A stretch of DNA of 32,000 nucleotides from Hyperthermus butylicus DSM 5456 (lineage in GTDB: Archaea; Thermoproteota; Thermoprotei_A; Sulfolobales; Pyrodictiaceae), in assembly GCF_000015145.1 (NCBI RefSeq), contig NC_008818.1, positions 1,410,001-1,442,000 on the forward strand, read 5' to 3'. How positions within the stretch are numbered: position 1 is the stretch's first letter; every line of letters begins with the position of its first letter. The translations under genes and the position numbers were made by a program. Below, piece by piece: positions 17,528-25,627 of this stretch. The notes below the pieces were generated by a model, which saw only the letters and a program-made list of their open reading frames with translations, searched no databases and was not told where the DNA came from.

Positions 17528-18238
17528 TTATAGTGTTGTTTTCTCGGCTAGCTGCTTGCTAACCTCCTCCAGGTCTTTCACAGTGTCTATGCTTCTCCAG
17601 TATATGTCGCGGAATTTTACGCCTAGTAGCCTCTTCTCGCTGGCGAGTCTTGGGAGGGCTGTGGTCTCTATGTCACCCTTCTCGGGAAGGTAGTCAAGCA
17701 CCACGGGTCTCATAGCGTAGACGCCGGCGTTTATCCAGTAGTTGAGCACGGGCTTCTCGCGGAACACTGTAACCCAGCCTTCCTCGTTTACCTCTACCAC
17801 GCCATAGGGGCTGCGTAGGGGTACCAGTGCTATCGCTGCTACAGCTCTCGGCTCGGCCTGGAGCGCCTCAACGAGCTTTGATACGGGCAGGTCTGTTATG
17901 ATGTCGCCGTTTATTACCACGAAGTAGTCCTCGCCGCGGAGGAGGTGCTCCGCGTTCTTTATCGCTCCACCGGTTCCCAGGGGCTCATCCTCCACCACGT
18001 AGGCTATCCTTACGCCCAGCTTCTGTCCACTGCCAAGGTGTTTTACTAGCCGATCCCACCGATAGCCAGCAAGCACTACAAACTCGTGGAACCCGTGTCG
18101 CTTGAGCCATTCAATCTGCCACTCGATGATAGGCTTCCCTGCAACCTCTACAAGGGGCTTGGGCCTGTTGCTCGTAAGCGGACGCAGCCTCTTACCAAGC
18201 CCACCAGCTAATATGACAGCTTTAGCCACAGCCACCAC
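17528..18238 (-). CDS. Sugar-1-phosphate nucleotidyltransferase (NDP-sugar pyrophosphorylase)
   Basis: 236 aa. The signature 'AVILAGGLGKRLRPLTSNRPKPLVEVAGKPIIEWQIEWL' matches G-x-G-x-R-(L)-x-P-L-T...KP, followed by 'EDEPLGTGGAI'. Confidence 0.9.
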   Translation of the reverse strand: MVAVAKAVILAGGLGKRLRPLTSNRPKPLVEVAGKPIIEWQIEWLKRHGFHEFVVLAGYRWDRLVKHLGSGQKLGVRIAYVVEDEPLGTGGAIKNAEHLLRGEDYFVVINGDIITDLPVSKLVEALQAEPRAVAAIALVPLRSPYGVVEVNEEGWVTVFREKPVLNYWINAGVYAMRPVVLDYLPEKGDIETTALPRLASEKRLLGVKFRDIYWRSIDTVKDLEEVSKQLAEKTTL

Positions 18239-18329
18239 ACCAGCAGAATAGGGAGATTATAGGCCCACCTATATAGACCCAAGCCCGGAAAGAGGCGGCC
18301 CTATTGGCTGCTATGCAACGGCCTCTCCC

Positions 18330-18794
18330 CTACTCTGTGCGTGTCGGCTCTATAGTGCAGCCCCGTTGGAGCATCTCTGGCAGCTTCTGCAGTACTAGCC
18401 TAGCTCCAGGTGTCAACCTTAGCTTTAGCGCCTCCACCAGTGGGACAAACGCAGCATCCTCGGCATCACTGGAGGCCCTGGGCTCTCCACCCTCATACTC
18501 GAAGACAACGTCTATTATCACGTAGTGGTGCCGTCTCCCATCAGGCCCCTCGGCTACCAGCTCGTGGATGTGTATCACGCCCAGAGGCCTAGCCCGGATA
18601 CCCGTCTCCTCAAGGAGTTCACGAGCAGCAGCCTCTAGCAATGGCTCACCAGGCTCAACATGGCCGCCGGGAAAGCTCCAATAGCCCCGAAACGGGTCAT
18701 ACTTACGCCTAACCAGGAGAACCTCTAGTCCAGCGCTACCGCGGCGTACAACTATAGCGCCAACACCAAGCACAAGCCCAACGATAGGAGTCAC
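18330..18794 (-). CDS. NUDIX hydrolase
   Basis: 154 aa. Nudix box 'GGHVEPGEPLLEAAARELLEETGI' (GX5EX7REUXEEXGU). Confidence 0.9.
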   Translation of the reverse strand: MTPIVGLVLGVGAIVVRRGSAGLEVLLVRRKYDPFRGYWSFPGGHVEPGEPLLEAAARELLEETGIRARPLGVIHIHELVAEGPDGRRHHYVIIDVVFEYEGGEPRASSDAEDAAFVPLVEALKLRLTPGARLVLQKLPEMLQRGCTIEPTRTE

Positions 18795-18905
18795 GAACCC
18801 CTAACCCCCCACCCGGCATGATGGGTAGAAACCTTCTACCAAACCCGAAGAATCCCCCGCTATAATAAGAACACGGCGGGGCAGCCCGGGAGCAACCCCC
18901 GCCAG

Positions 18906-19127
18906 CTACGCGCTCATAACGACTACCCCTAAGCCCTTAACCCCAGAGAATCCCTTGCAAAACCTGGCCTTAGGCATCAACGTGGAGAGATCTGCTGGAC
19001 ACATATCCTTATAGTCCTTGCAGGTTCGGTTCAACACACAACCATCATCTACGCTGGTAGAGTTCTTGTCTTTACACGCATCACTCCGAGATAACGCGGA
19101 GAATACTGGCTTGCCGTGGATTGCCAA
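18906..19127 (-). CDS. Possible small Cys-containing hypothetical protein (73 aa)
   Basis: A TTG-start ORF 24 nt downstream of the ileS stop on the same strand. It has five Cys in a Lys/Asp-rich context (ACKDKNSTSVDDGCVLNRTCKDYKDMCPADL...RFCKGF). No homology recognised; it could be non-coding. Confidence 0.25.
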   Translation of the reverse strand: MAIHGKPVFSALSRSDACKDKNSTSVDDGCVLNRTCKDYKDMCPADLSTLMPKARFCKGFSGVKGLGVVVMSA

Positions 19128-19151
19128 AACGTGGATAGGGGTGGACTCGGG

Positions 19152-22121
19152 TTAGGGGGTTAGGGCTAGGTGTAGCTCACCCATATCCTCTATGCTCCAC
19201 TTCTTCGCCTTATCTGGCGGTGTTCCCAGCAGTGTTATCTTCTTCGCTCTTACCTCGCTCCTTATTAGATCCTCAAACCTCTTCACGGCCTCTAACACCT
19301 TGCCGGTAGCATACACCATTAACTCCTCCACGACGTGGTCTACGGGGAGGTCGAGTTCCTTCCTTAGCACCTGGGCGCGGCGTATAACCTCTCTCGCTAG
19401 GCCCTCCAGTAGTGTCTCCTCGTCCAGCTCCATGTCCACATAGACGAGCATGCTTTCGGTGTCGATCTTTAGCGCTGACTGTGCCCAGTCGGGCTCAGCC
19501 TCTGCTAGCTCCACCGTCTTTATATTGGCGAATCTTGCTAGTACACTTGCCGCCTCCCTGAGGGCGTCACGTAGATCCTCGTTCTTGACGAGTATGACTG
19601 CCCTCCTTAGGGGCCAGCGTCTCTTTAGCCGCTTCTCGCTACGTTCTGCCAGTATCTTCTCCGCCGCGGCGAACGCCTCTTCCACCGCCTTGTAGGCCTT
19701 CTCGTCTAGCAGCTCCTGGGGTACTGTGGGCCACTGGTTGAGATGTATGCTCTCCGGCGCGTCGGGCTCGTATTTCCTCACGAAGGCCTGGTATAGGTAC
19801 TCCGTGACGAACGGCGCTATGGGCGCCATTGCGGCGAGCACTGCCCTCAGCACATAGTATAGTGTCGCGTAGGCGGCGTCCTTGCTTTCTGTCATCTCTT
19901 CCTCCCAGACCCTCGGCCTTATCAGTGGGATGTAGCGGTGGCTCACCTGCTCCACCACGAGGTCTACGAGCGCCTGGACGGCCTGGTGCATATTGTCGCT
20001 CTCTATTGCCTCGCTAGCCTTCTCCAGGGCCTGCCAAAGCCTGTAGAGTATCCAGCGGTCCTCCACGGCGAGCCTGGCTTCCGCTGGGTTCTTCGGCTTC
20101 CACTTGTCCAGCTCCATGTACGTGTCCGCGAACTTCACGGTGTTCCATAGTATGTTGAGGTAGCCCTGGTACCTCCTAACCTCGTCGGGGTCGAAGTTTA
20201 TGCTATCCCATGGCGCCCTGCTTAGGAGGAAGATCCTCATTGGGTCTGTACCGTTCTTCTCCATCCACTCCAGGGCCCATATCACGTTGCCCTTGCTCTT
20301 GCTCATCTTCTTGCCGTACTTGTCGAGCACGTGGCCCTGGAGGAGTACCTCGCGGTAGGGCTTCCTCTCGTGCCATACTACGCCGGTTACCAGTAGGGTG
20401 TAGAACCAGCCACGGGTCTGGTCTGCCGCCTCGGTTATCCACTGGTATGGGTAGAGGGTGTCCCAGAGCTTGAGCCACCCATACTGTGCCAGGGAGGCTG
20501 TGTGGGCTACGCCACTATCCATCCAGACGTCAACAACGAAGGGCTCCCTCTTCATCACGCCGCCGCACTTGGGGCAGCGTAGTTCCACCCGGTCTATGTA
20601 GGGTCTGTGGGGGTCGCTGGGCACGCTGTTGGGGTCGGTTGCGAGCTGTTTCAGCTCTTCAAGGCTGCCCACGACGACTATGTGGTTGCAGCTGGTGCAC
20701 CGCCATACCGGCAGGGGTGTGCCCCAGTACCTCTCCCTGCTTATACACCAGTCGCGAGCGTTCTCAACCCAGTCGCCCATCCTCTTTGCTGCCCAGCTCG
20801 GCGCCCACCTCATCGAGTAGACCTCAGCGGCCATCTTCCTTCGCAGCTCGTCCGTTATCCTTATGAACCACTGCCTGGAGGCGTAGTAGAAGAGCCTGGT
20901 GCCGCACCTCCAGCAGAATGGGTACTCGTGCGGGTACTTGCCAGCGTATACCAGCAGCCCCTTGCGCTTCAGCACCTCCACCACGTGCTTGCTAGCCTCC
21001 TCGAACCAGAGCCCCTTGAAGGCGCCAGCATCCTCGCCGAAGTAGCCGTCCTCGCGGAGCGGCGTATAGACGTCAACACCGTGCTTCTGTGCCATCTCGA
21101 AGTCTTCTGGGCCGTGGGCGGGGGCTGCGTGTACTACGCCAGTACCCTCCTCCATCGTGACCCAGTCAGCTGTGTATACTGTGTGGTAGGGCTCGTGGTC
21201 GTGGCCCTGGTGGTAGGGGACCTCCTCGGCCAAGGGGTGACGGTACCGGCGGCCCTCCAGCTCCCTACCCCTGAGCCTCCCCATGACGCGATAATCCTTC
21301 AGTCCCACCTCCTTGGCGAATGCCTCGAGCCTCTTCTCCGCCAGTATCCACTTCTCGCCGCCAACCTCTACGACTACGTAGGTCTCGTCGGGATGGACTG
21401 CAGCCATCTCGTTAGCTATTATCGTCCAGGGTGTAGTGGTCCATGCTACCAGGTATGTGTTGGGCTCATCGAGAAGGGGGAGCTTGAAGTAGACGCTCGG
21501 GTCTTCGACGAGCTCGTAGCCCTGGGCTACCTCGTGGCTGCTCAGTGCTGTGCCGCAGCGGGGGCATCTGGGTACTACGCGGCGGCCCTCGTAGAGTAGG
21601 CCCTTCTCATGGGCTTTCTTGATGAAGCTCCACACCTGCTCTATGTACCGGGGGTGTCTCGTCTCGTAGGCGTGCTCGTAGTCTAGCCACAGGCCTAGCC
21701 TCTTGCTAGCCCGTACCCAGTGCTCCATATAGTAGTCTACGAGTTTGCGGCATTCCTCAACGAACCGCTCGACGCCCAGCTTCTCTATATCCCTCTTTGA
21801 TTTTAGGCCGAGCTTCTTCTCAACCTCGAGCTCTACAGGTAGTCCCTGGGTATCCCAGCCAGCCTGGTCCCAGACGCGGTAACCCCTCATCCTCATGTAG
21901 CGGAGCTTGACGTCCTTCAGTGTTCTGCCACGCGCGTGGCCAACGTGCATAAACCCGTTGGTTGTTGGCGGACCCTCCAGAAAGGCGAAGACGGGGCCCT
22001 TGCCTTCCTCCCAGGACTTCTTCTTGGCCTTCTCATATATCTTGTTCTCATCCCAGAACTTGAGGACCCATTCTTCAACCTTGACGGGGTTATACGAGGA
22101 TTTGAGGCTTGGCCTCTCCAT
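19152..22121 (-). CDS. ileS: Isoleucine--tRNA ligase
   Basis: 989 aa. The HIGH region is 'PPTTNGFMHVGHARG', with 'GWDTQGLPVELEVEKKLG' and KMSKS 'GKKMSKSKGNV'. Several CxxC Zn motifs are present (CPRCG, CWRCG, CTSCN, CPKCG). Confidence 0.95.
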   Translation of the reverse strand: MERPSLKSSYNPVKVEEWVLKFWDENKIYEKAKKKSWEEGKGPVFAFLEGPPTTNGFMHVGHARGRTLKDVKLRYMRMRGYRVWDQAGWDTQGLPVELEVEKKLGLKSKRDIEKLGVERFVEECRKLVDYYMEHWVRASKRLGLWLDYEHAYETRHPRYIEQVWSFIKKAHEKGLLYEGRRVVPRCPRCGTALSSHEVAQGYELVEDPSVYFKLPLLDEPNTYLVAWTTTPWTIIANEMAAVHPDETYVVVEVGGEKWILAEKRLEAFAKEVGLKDYRVMGRLRGRELEGRRYRHPLAEEVPYHQGHDHEPYHTVYTADWVTMEEGTGVVHAAPAHGPEDFEMAQKHGVDVYTPLREDGYFGEDAGAFKGLWFEEASKHVVEVLKRKGLLVYAGKYPHEYPFCWRCGTRLFYYASRQWFIRITDELRRKMAAEVYSMRWAPSWAAKRMGDWVENARDWCISRERYWGTPLPVWRCTSCNHIVVVGSLEELKQLATDPNSVPSDPHRPYIDRVELRCPKCGGVMKREPFVVDVWMDSGVAHTASLAQYGWLKLWDTLYPYQWITEAADQTRGWFYTLLVTGVVWHERKPYREVLLQGHVLDKYGKKMSKSKGNVIWALEWMEKNGTDPMRIFLLSRAPWDSINFDPDEVRRYQGYLNILWNTVKFADTYMELDKWKPKNPAEARLAVEDRWILYRLWQALEKASEAIESDNMHQAVQALVDLVVEQVSHRYIPLIRPRVWEEEMTESKDAAYATLYYVLRAVLAAMAPIAPFVTEYLYQAFVRKYEPDAPESIHLNQWPTVPQELLDEKAYKAVEEAFAAAEKILAERSEKRLKRRWPLRRAVILVKNEDLRDALREAASVLARFANIKTVELAEAEPDWAQSALKIDTESMLVYVDMELDEETLLEGLAREVIRRAQVLRKELDLPVDHVVEELMVYATGKVLEAVKRFEDLIRSEVRAKKITLLGTPPDKAKKWSIEDMGELHLALTP

Positions 22122-22164
22122 GGATAATGGTCATCACCGTGGAATGTGTCCCTAGACGGAGTCC

Positions 22165-22170
22165 TTATAA
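22165..22170 (-). promoter_or_regulatory. TATA-like element (TTATAA) upstream of ileS
   Basis: 'ccttataagt' lies 44-49 nt upstream of the ileS ATG (22121). An SD-like 'ggtgat' occurs 12-17 nt upstream of the ATG on the minus strand ('cacggtgatgaccattatccatg'). The element sits directly after the stop (22174-22176) of the upstream gene. Confidence 0.35.
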
Positions 22171-22173
22171 GTA

Positions 22174-23310
22174 TTATCCTCTATTTCGCAGCTTGTACGA
22201 GTATATGTGCACTCTGGACAGCTCATTGTTGCTAGGCAGTTTTGGGTAGTAGCGTAGCTCTATGTACGAGGCTCCACCGAGACTCGATAAGAGCTTCTCT
22301 ATGCTCTTGGCTGCCCCTACAACAGTTTCTATGTCCGCGAAGCTCGGCGTATAGAAGTGCATGGGTGCAGGGTCAACGTGTTTTACAGGTGTTTCGAGCC
22401 GCGTAAACCAGTACATTTCGCTCCGCATGGTTTCTAGGAGCATTGCTATCAGCTTGGCTCTCTCCTTTGCAGGCACTACTACGACCCATGCACCTTCGAT
22501 GAGTGAGGGTCTCCTCGTCTTGGACTTGCAAGCACCAAACTCCATGAGGGCTATTATGGTGTCTCGTATTGCTGCTCCATTGGGGTGCAAGCCGAACTCT
22601 GAGGCTTTAAGGACAATCTTAGAGGATGTTATCGCCTCGGTACAGAGTGCTTCAAGGCTTTCAAGGGCATAGGCCTCATAGTTTGCACATGACGGGTTTG
22701 GTACCACAAATGCATCCCTACGTATCATGACTATGCCGGAGGCGAGCATGTTTGCCAGCCTTGCTATGGGTTCTGCTGGGACGCCTAGGTTCGAAAGCTT
22801 GGATACGTCAACACTCCACTCCCTAATGATGCCAGTATGGCTCCACTCCTCAACAATGTCTGTAACAAGTTCCTCAGCAATATCCTTCTTTACGCGGTTA
22901 ACCTTTGCAACCCATTTAGTGAGCCAGCGTAGATCGCGTCCTCCCCTTAGGATTACATGCTCCGGATATAGTGCACGGCGACATTTTTCGCATGCAGTCA
23001 CGATATCCTCCAGTATGGCGAGGGCCTTCCTATTGTTGCTACGTTCAAACGTCCACAGCTCTACAGCTCGTGACGCCTTGCCGTTACAGAAACGGCATCT
23101 ACCCTGGGAGCGTTGCTCTAGGAGCTTCCTAAGCCTCTCAATGGTGGTACTAGCCTCTTCAACATCGATACCAGCTATCTCAGCCAAAAGCAGCGGGTCA
23201 ATTTGTGCAATGTTTTCCAGGCTGAGACCAGCCTCTAGCAGTGGCAGAGGCCGGGGTCTCGGGCAGAGCCTTTCAAGAGTTCTACATGCCGCTTCGTAGA
23301 ACCGAGCCAA
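22174..23310 (-). CDS. Hypothetical protein, 378 aa: N-terminal helix-hairpin-helix-like segment, a four-Cys Zn-ribbon and an uncharacterised ~250-aa C-terminal domain
   Basis: TTG start. 'LSLENIAQIDPLLLAEIAGIDVEEASTTIERLRKLL' is HhH-like (h-x-x-h-G-h-D). 'CRFCNGK' and 'CEKCRRA' lie about 30 residues apart and would form a Zn-ribbon. The antisense ORF 22727..23299(+) is Ser-rich and implausible. GC is lower than in neighbouring genes: I hand-counted 58/120 G+C in 22181-22300, against 76/120 in ileS 21001-21120. Confidence 0.7.
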   Translation of the reverse strand: MARFYEAACRTLERLCPRPRPLPLLEAGLSLENIAQIDPLLLAEIAGIDVEEASTTIERLRKLLEQRSQGRCRFCNGKASRAVELWTFERSNNRKALAILEDIVTACEKCRRALYPEHVILRGGRDLRWLTKWVAKVNRVKKDIAEELVTDIVEEWSHTGIIREWSVDVSKLSNLGVPAEPIARLANMLASGIVMIRRDAFVVPNPSCANYEAYALESLEALCTEAITSSKIVLKASEFGLHPNGAAIRDTIIALMEFGACKSKTRRPSLIEGAWVVVVPAKERAKLIAMLLETMRSEMYWFTRLETPVKHVDPAPMHFYTPSFADIETVVGAAKSIEKLLSSLGGASYIELRYYPKLPSNNELSRVHIYSYKLRNRG

Positions 23311-23340
23311 TCTCTGGCACCTATCATGCTACGGAACATC

Positions 23341-23348
23341 TATATTAA
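23341..23348 (-). promoter_or_regulatory. TATA-like element (minus-strand TTAATATA) for the 378-aa orphan gene
   Basis: Plus-strand 'tatattaa' at 23341-23348 reads 'ttaatata' on the minus strand. It lies 31-38 nt upstream of the TTG start at 23310, within an AT-rich 248-bp spacer. Confidence 0.35.
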
Positions 23349-23384
23349 GCATATACCACTCAATTCCATACTAATAGTTTTTAC

Positions 23385-23424
23385 GTTTTAAAAGATATTG
23401 TCTCGTTTTAAAAGATATTGTCTC
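23385..23424. repeat. Perfect tandem duplication of a 20-bp unit 'gttttaaaagatattgtctc' (2 copies)
   Basis: Read directly: 23385-23404 and 23405-23424 are identical, and base 23384 'c' extends the match by 1 nt. Each unit contains the palindromic TATA-like octamer 'ttttaaaa'. The repeat lies 75-114 nt upstream of the 22174..23310 gene start. Confidence 0.95.
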
Positions 23425-23558
23425 AACGTTACGAATCCGTTGCATCTACAGCATAGCATACAACACATAGCCCCTAATATGCAAGAGTTTCATCTCCCAA
23501 AACAAGGCGCCAAGTATTGAAGCGCAACAGCACTGTCATCACAGACCCAGGCGCCTCG

Positions 23559-24335
23559 TTAAGGCTTGGCCTCCACTCGGCTGCATGATGACCAGCCGAG
23601 GAGACCTACCAGCCTCTGCACTTCCTTCACAGTCTCCACTAGCTGCTCCCTCTGGACACCAGGCACACCCGCCGCAACTATTAGTATGCATGTTGTGTCC
23701 TGGGCAACCATTGTTTCCACAGAGTCCCTGTGCGGATAGACATGCATCACCCTTCCATCACCATCTACTAAGATCGGCGTTCCCTGCTCCAGCTTCTCCG
23801 GCTTGCCGCCTATCGGGTGGAACTCCTCGCCGCCACGCGCCAATGTTATCCGGAGCGGTGGCTTGAACTTTGCAGCATCGTACAAGCCCACAGGAACCAT
23901 CATCCTAGCGGAGGCTATGTTACCGGCATCCACTACCGGGTTTATCCGCGGCCATTTGCCCCTCAACGCTCGCCGTACGAGAGCCTCGCTGCTAGGCCTA
24001 GTCTTCGTCGGGTCTATCCCTATCCTCCAGTAGAAGTCACGGTAAGTCCTCACTAGTGGATCCCTGGGCAGCTCCTCGACGCGATACCTCTCCCTAAGCT
24101 CTGCAAGCAACTTTTCTTCCTCAGCCACAAGCCTCCCTGGATCCAGCTCCCTCACAGGCCTGCCCCAGGAGAGGCTATAGGCAACGCGTATCCCGAGACC
24201 AGCCGCATCATCCTCAACAACGAGGAGGCCAGCTAGCTCCCTGCAAAGCCCGCTACAGTCAACAACGCACACCCCAGGCCACCCCCAGGGCCGGAGACGT
24301 GTACCTCCTCCGGGGTTTATCCTCCAACTGCACAC
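23559..24335 (-). CDS. Stand-alone B3/B4 (PheRS-beta-like tRNA-binding/editing) domain protein
   Basis: 'YRDFYWRIGIDPTKTRPSSEALVRRALRGKWPRINPVVDAGNIASARMMVPVGLYD' matches the B3_4 domain core as I remember it. The first ~21 residues of the track ORF (MCSWRINPGGGTRLRPWGWPG) look non-native, so the GTG at 24272 (VCVVDCSGL...) is a likelier start. Confidence 0.7.
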   Translation of the reverse strand: MCSWRINPGGGTRLRPWGWPGVCVVDCSGLCRELAGLLVVEDDAAGLGIRVAYSLSWGRPVRELDPGRLVAEEEKLLAELRERYRVEELPRDPLVRTYRDFYWRIGIDPTKTRPSSEALVRRALRGKWPRINPVVDAGNIASARMMVPVGLYDAAKFKPPLRITLARGGEEFHPIGGKPEKLEQGTPILVDGDGRVMHVYPHRDSVETMVAQDTTCILIVAAGVPGVQREQLVETVKEVQRLVGLLGWSSCSRVEAKP

Positions 24336-24667
24336 CCCCAGTACCTACATGGATCGCCATACCTGGAATGGCGGCTACCAGTTAAGCCAAGACATGCACG
24401 GTTAGGGTGGAAGATGTAGGCACCAGCTAGAACCCCCTAATAACGCGGCTGAGGGAGGTGCTATAATGCAAGCATGAAGGTCTCTCCACTTGGGCCTCCT
24501 GGTTCCGGCTCAGCTCGTACGCGAGACCAAGGCGGCCACGGTGGATCCTAGTCTGTGTGTGCTCTACGAGGGCTACCCCTGAGGAGTACAATGAGCTATA
24601 CTGCTGTGCTGCTTAGCAGGCGTGGCCCGGGGCCTCATCGAGGGGTGCTGCTTGGTTCCGGGTTTAT

Positions 24668-25627
24668 TTGCTGCCACCTTTCCGTGTTGGTTCGGGTGTA
24701 TGTGTCCTGGCTTCTGGGGCGCGCTGCCTCTACCGCATACGTATACCGCTCCATGTAACCGGTTTGTGGGTGCCAGTGTGGAGAGGATCGCCCCGGGAGA
24801 CGGGGAGCCTCGGCGCGGGGCTTCTGCTTGAGCCTCCCGCCGTGGCTGAGGTCTACGAGTGTCCTGGGGGAGAGTGTGGGCTCCGTGTAAGGGCTTGTGG
24901 CGAGCTGGTATCCGCCTCTACTAGCATCGTCAAACACGTTGTGGAGCTTCTAGGCGGTCTCAACGTCGACGTCTCGCTCGAGTCTCCTGCCCCCCTGGCT
25001 GTCGGGTATGCTGTGAGTGCCGCTATCGCCCTAGCTATTGCTATTGGGGAGGGCTCTAGGCGGGGATGGAGCGTGGAGGCCTCCGCAGCGGTCGCACATG
25101 AGGCTGAGGTCCTGGCTGGCACAGGGCTAGGCGATGTAGTGGCAATGGTTTATGGCCGTGGACTCGAGCTGCGCCTCGCGCCGGGCGCGCCAGGGCTCGC
25201 ACGTGTAGAGAGCTTCCCCGTCAACGCGAAGACCATCTATAGCCTCGAGCTGGGCAGGATGGCAACCACCGAGATGCACCGCGCCCTCGGGGAGAAGCTC
25301 GTAGCTCTTGCTGCGCCCCGGTGGCAGAGGATAGCTGAGAATCCGAACCTTGATACCTTCCTGAGAGAGGCTAGGGAGTTTAGCGTGGAGGCCGGCTTTG
25401 CGCCGGACTGGCTGAGGGAGAAGCTTGACCGGCTCGTTTCGAGGGGCCTAGTTAGGGGCTGGTATGTGAAGAAGAGAGTAGCAATCGTAGTACCAGAGGA
25501 TGATGCTGCAGGGGAGGCCCGGGAGGAGCTGGAGGCCCTAGCAGCGAAGCGTGGGCTCCGGCTCCGCCGCCACAGGCCTGCCGGGTCGCCGCTTAGCGTC
25601 GAGCCTTGCTACTCCTCCTTTATGTAG
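24668..25627 (+). CDS. Pantoate kinase (archaeal CoA pathway, GHMP-kinase fold)
   Basis: 'IPLHVTGLWVPVW...GSLGAGLLLEP' and 'VAHEAEVLAGTGLGDVVAMVYGRGLELRLAPGAPG' match the PoK (COG1829) pattern: hITgFF.P...GS.GaG and AH.AEV...GLGDV. The only canonical start in frame is the TTG at 24668, so the N-terminus is uncertain. Confidence 0.75.
   Translation: MLPPFRVGSGVCVLASGARCLYRIRIPLHVTGLWVPVWRGSPRETGSLGAGLLLEPPAVAEVYECPGGECGLRVRACGELVSASTSIVKHVVELLGGLNVDVSLESPAPLAVGYAVSAAIALAIAIGEGSRRGWSVEASAAVAHEAEVLAGTGLGDVVAMVYGRGLELRLAPGAPGLARVESFPVNAKTIYSLELGRMATTEMHRALGEKLVALAAPRWQRIAENPNLDTFLREAREFSVEAGFAPDWLREKLDRLVSRGLVRGWYVKKRVAIVVPEDDAAGEAREELEALAAKRGLRLRRHRPAGSPLSVEPCYSSFM

Noticed and set aside
20607-21599. 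330-aa plus-strand ORF, and several other long antisense ORFs (5367..5810-, 9761..10267+, 6789..7127-, 7541..7891-, 7751..8164+, 22727..23299+, 12982..13356+, 20486..20866+)
   Set aside because: All lie antisense to genes with unmistakable family motifs (ileS, the oxidoreductase, the ABC ATPase, permeases and others). Their composition is Ala/Pro/Arg/Ser/Gly-rich, typical of stop-poor alternative frames in GC-rich DNA. I recognised no motifs in them.
23385-23424. The 20-bp tandem repeat as a CRISPR array or minisatellite
   Set aside because: There are only two copies, directly abutting with no spacer, and no cas genes in the window. It is kept as a regulatory or duplication feature instead.
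23535-23541. C/D-box sRNA candidates: minus-strand 'gtgatga' at 23541-23535, plus-strand 'atgatgt' at 31238-31244, 'atgatga' near 23585 and 29663
   Set aside because: None has a matching D box (ctga) at the expected 50-70 nt distance or terminal complementary ends. Two of them lie inside well-supported coding regions.
24555-24831. Overlapping plus-strand ORFs 24555..24758 and 24622..24831, and minus-strand ORF 24635..24937
   Set aside because: They overlap the pantoate kinase 5' region in other frames. Their composition is driven by the G+T skew, and they carry no motifs.
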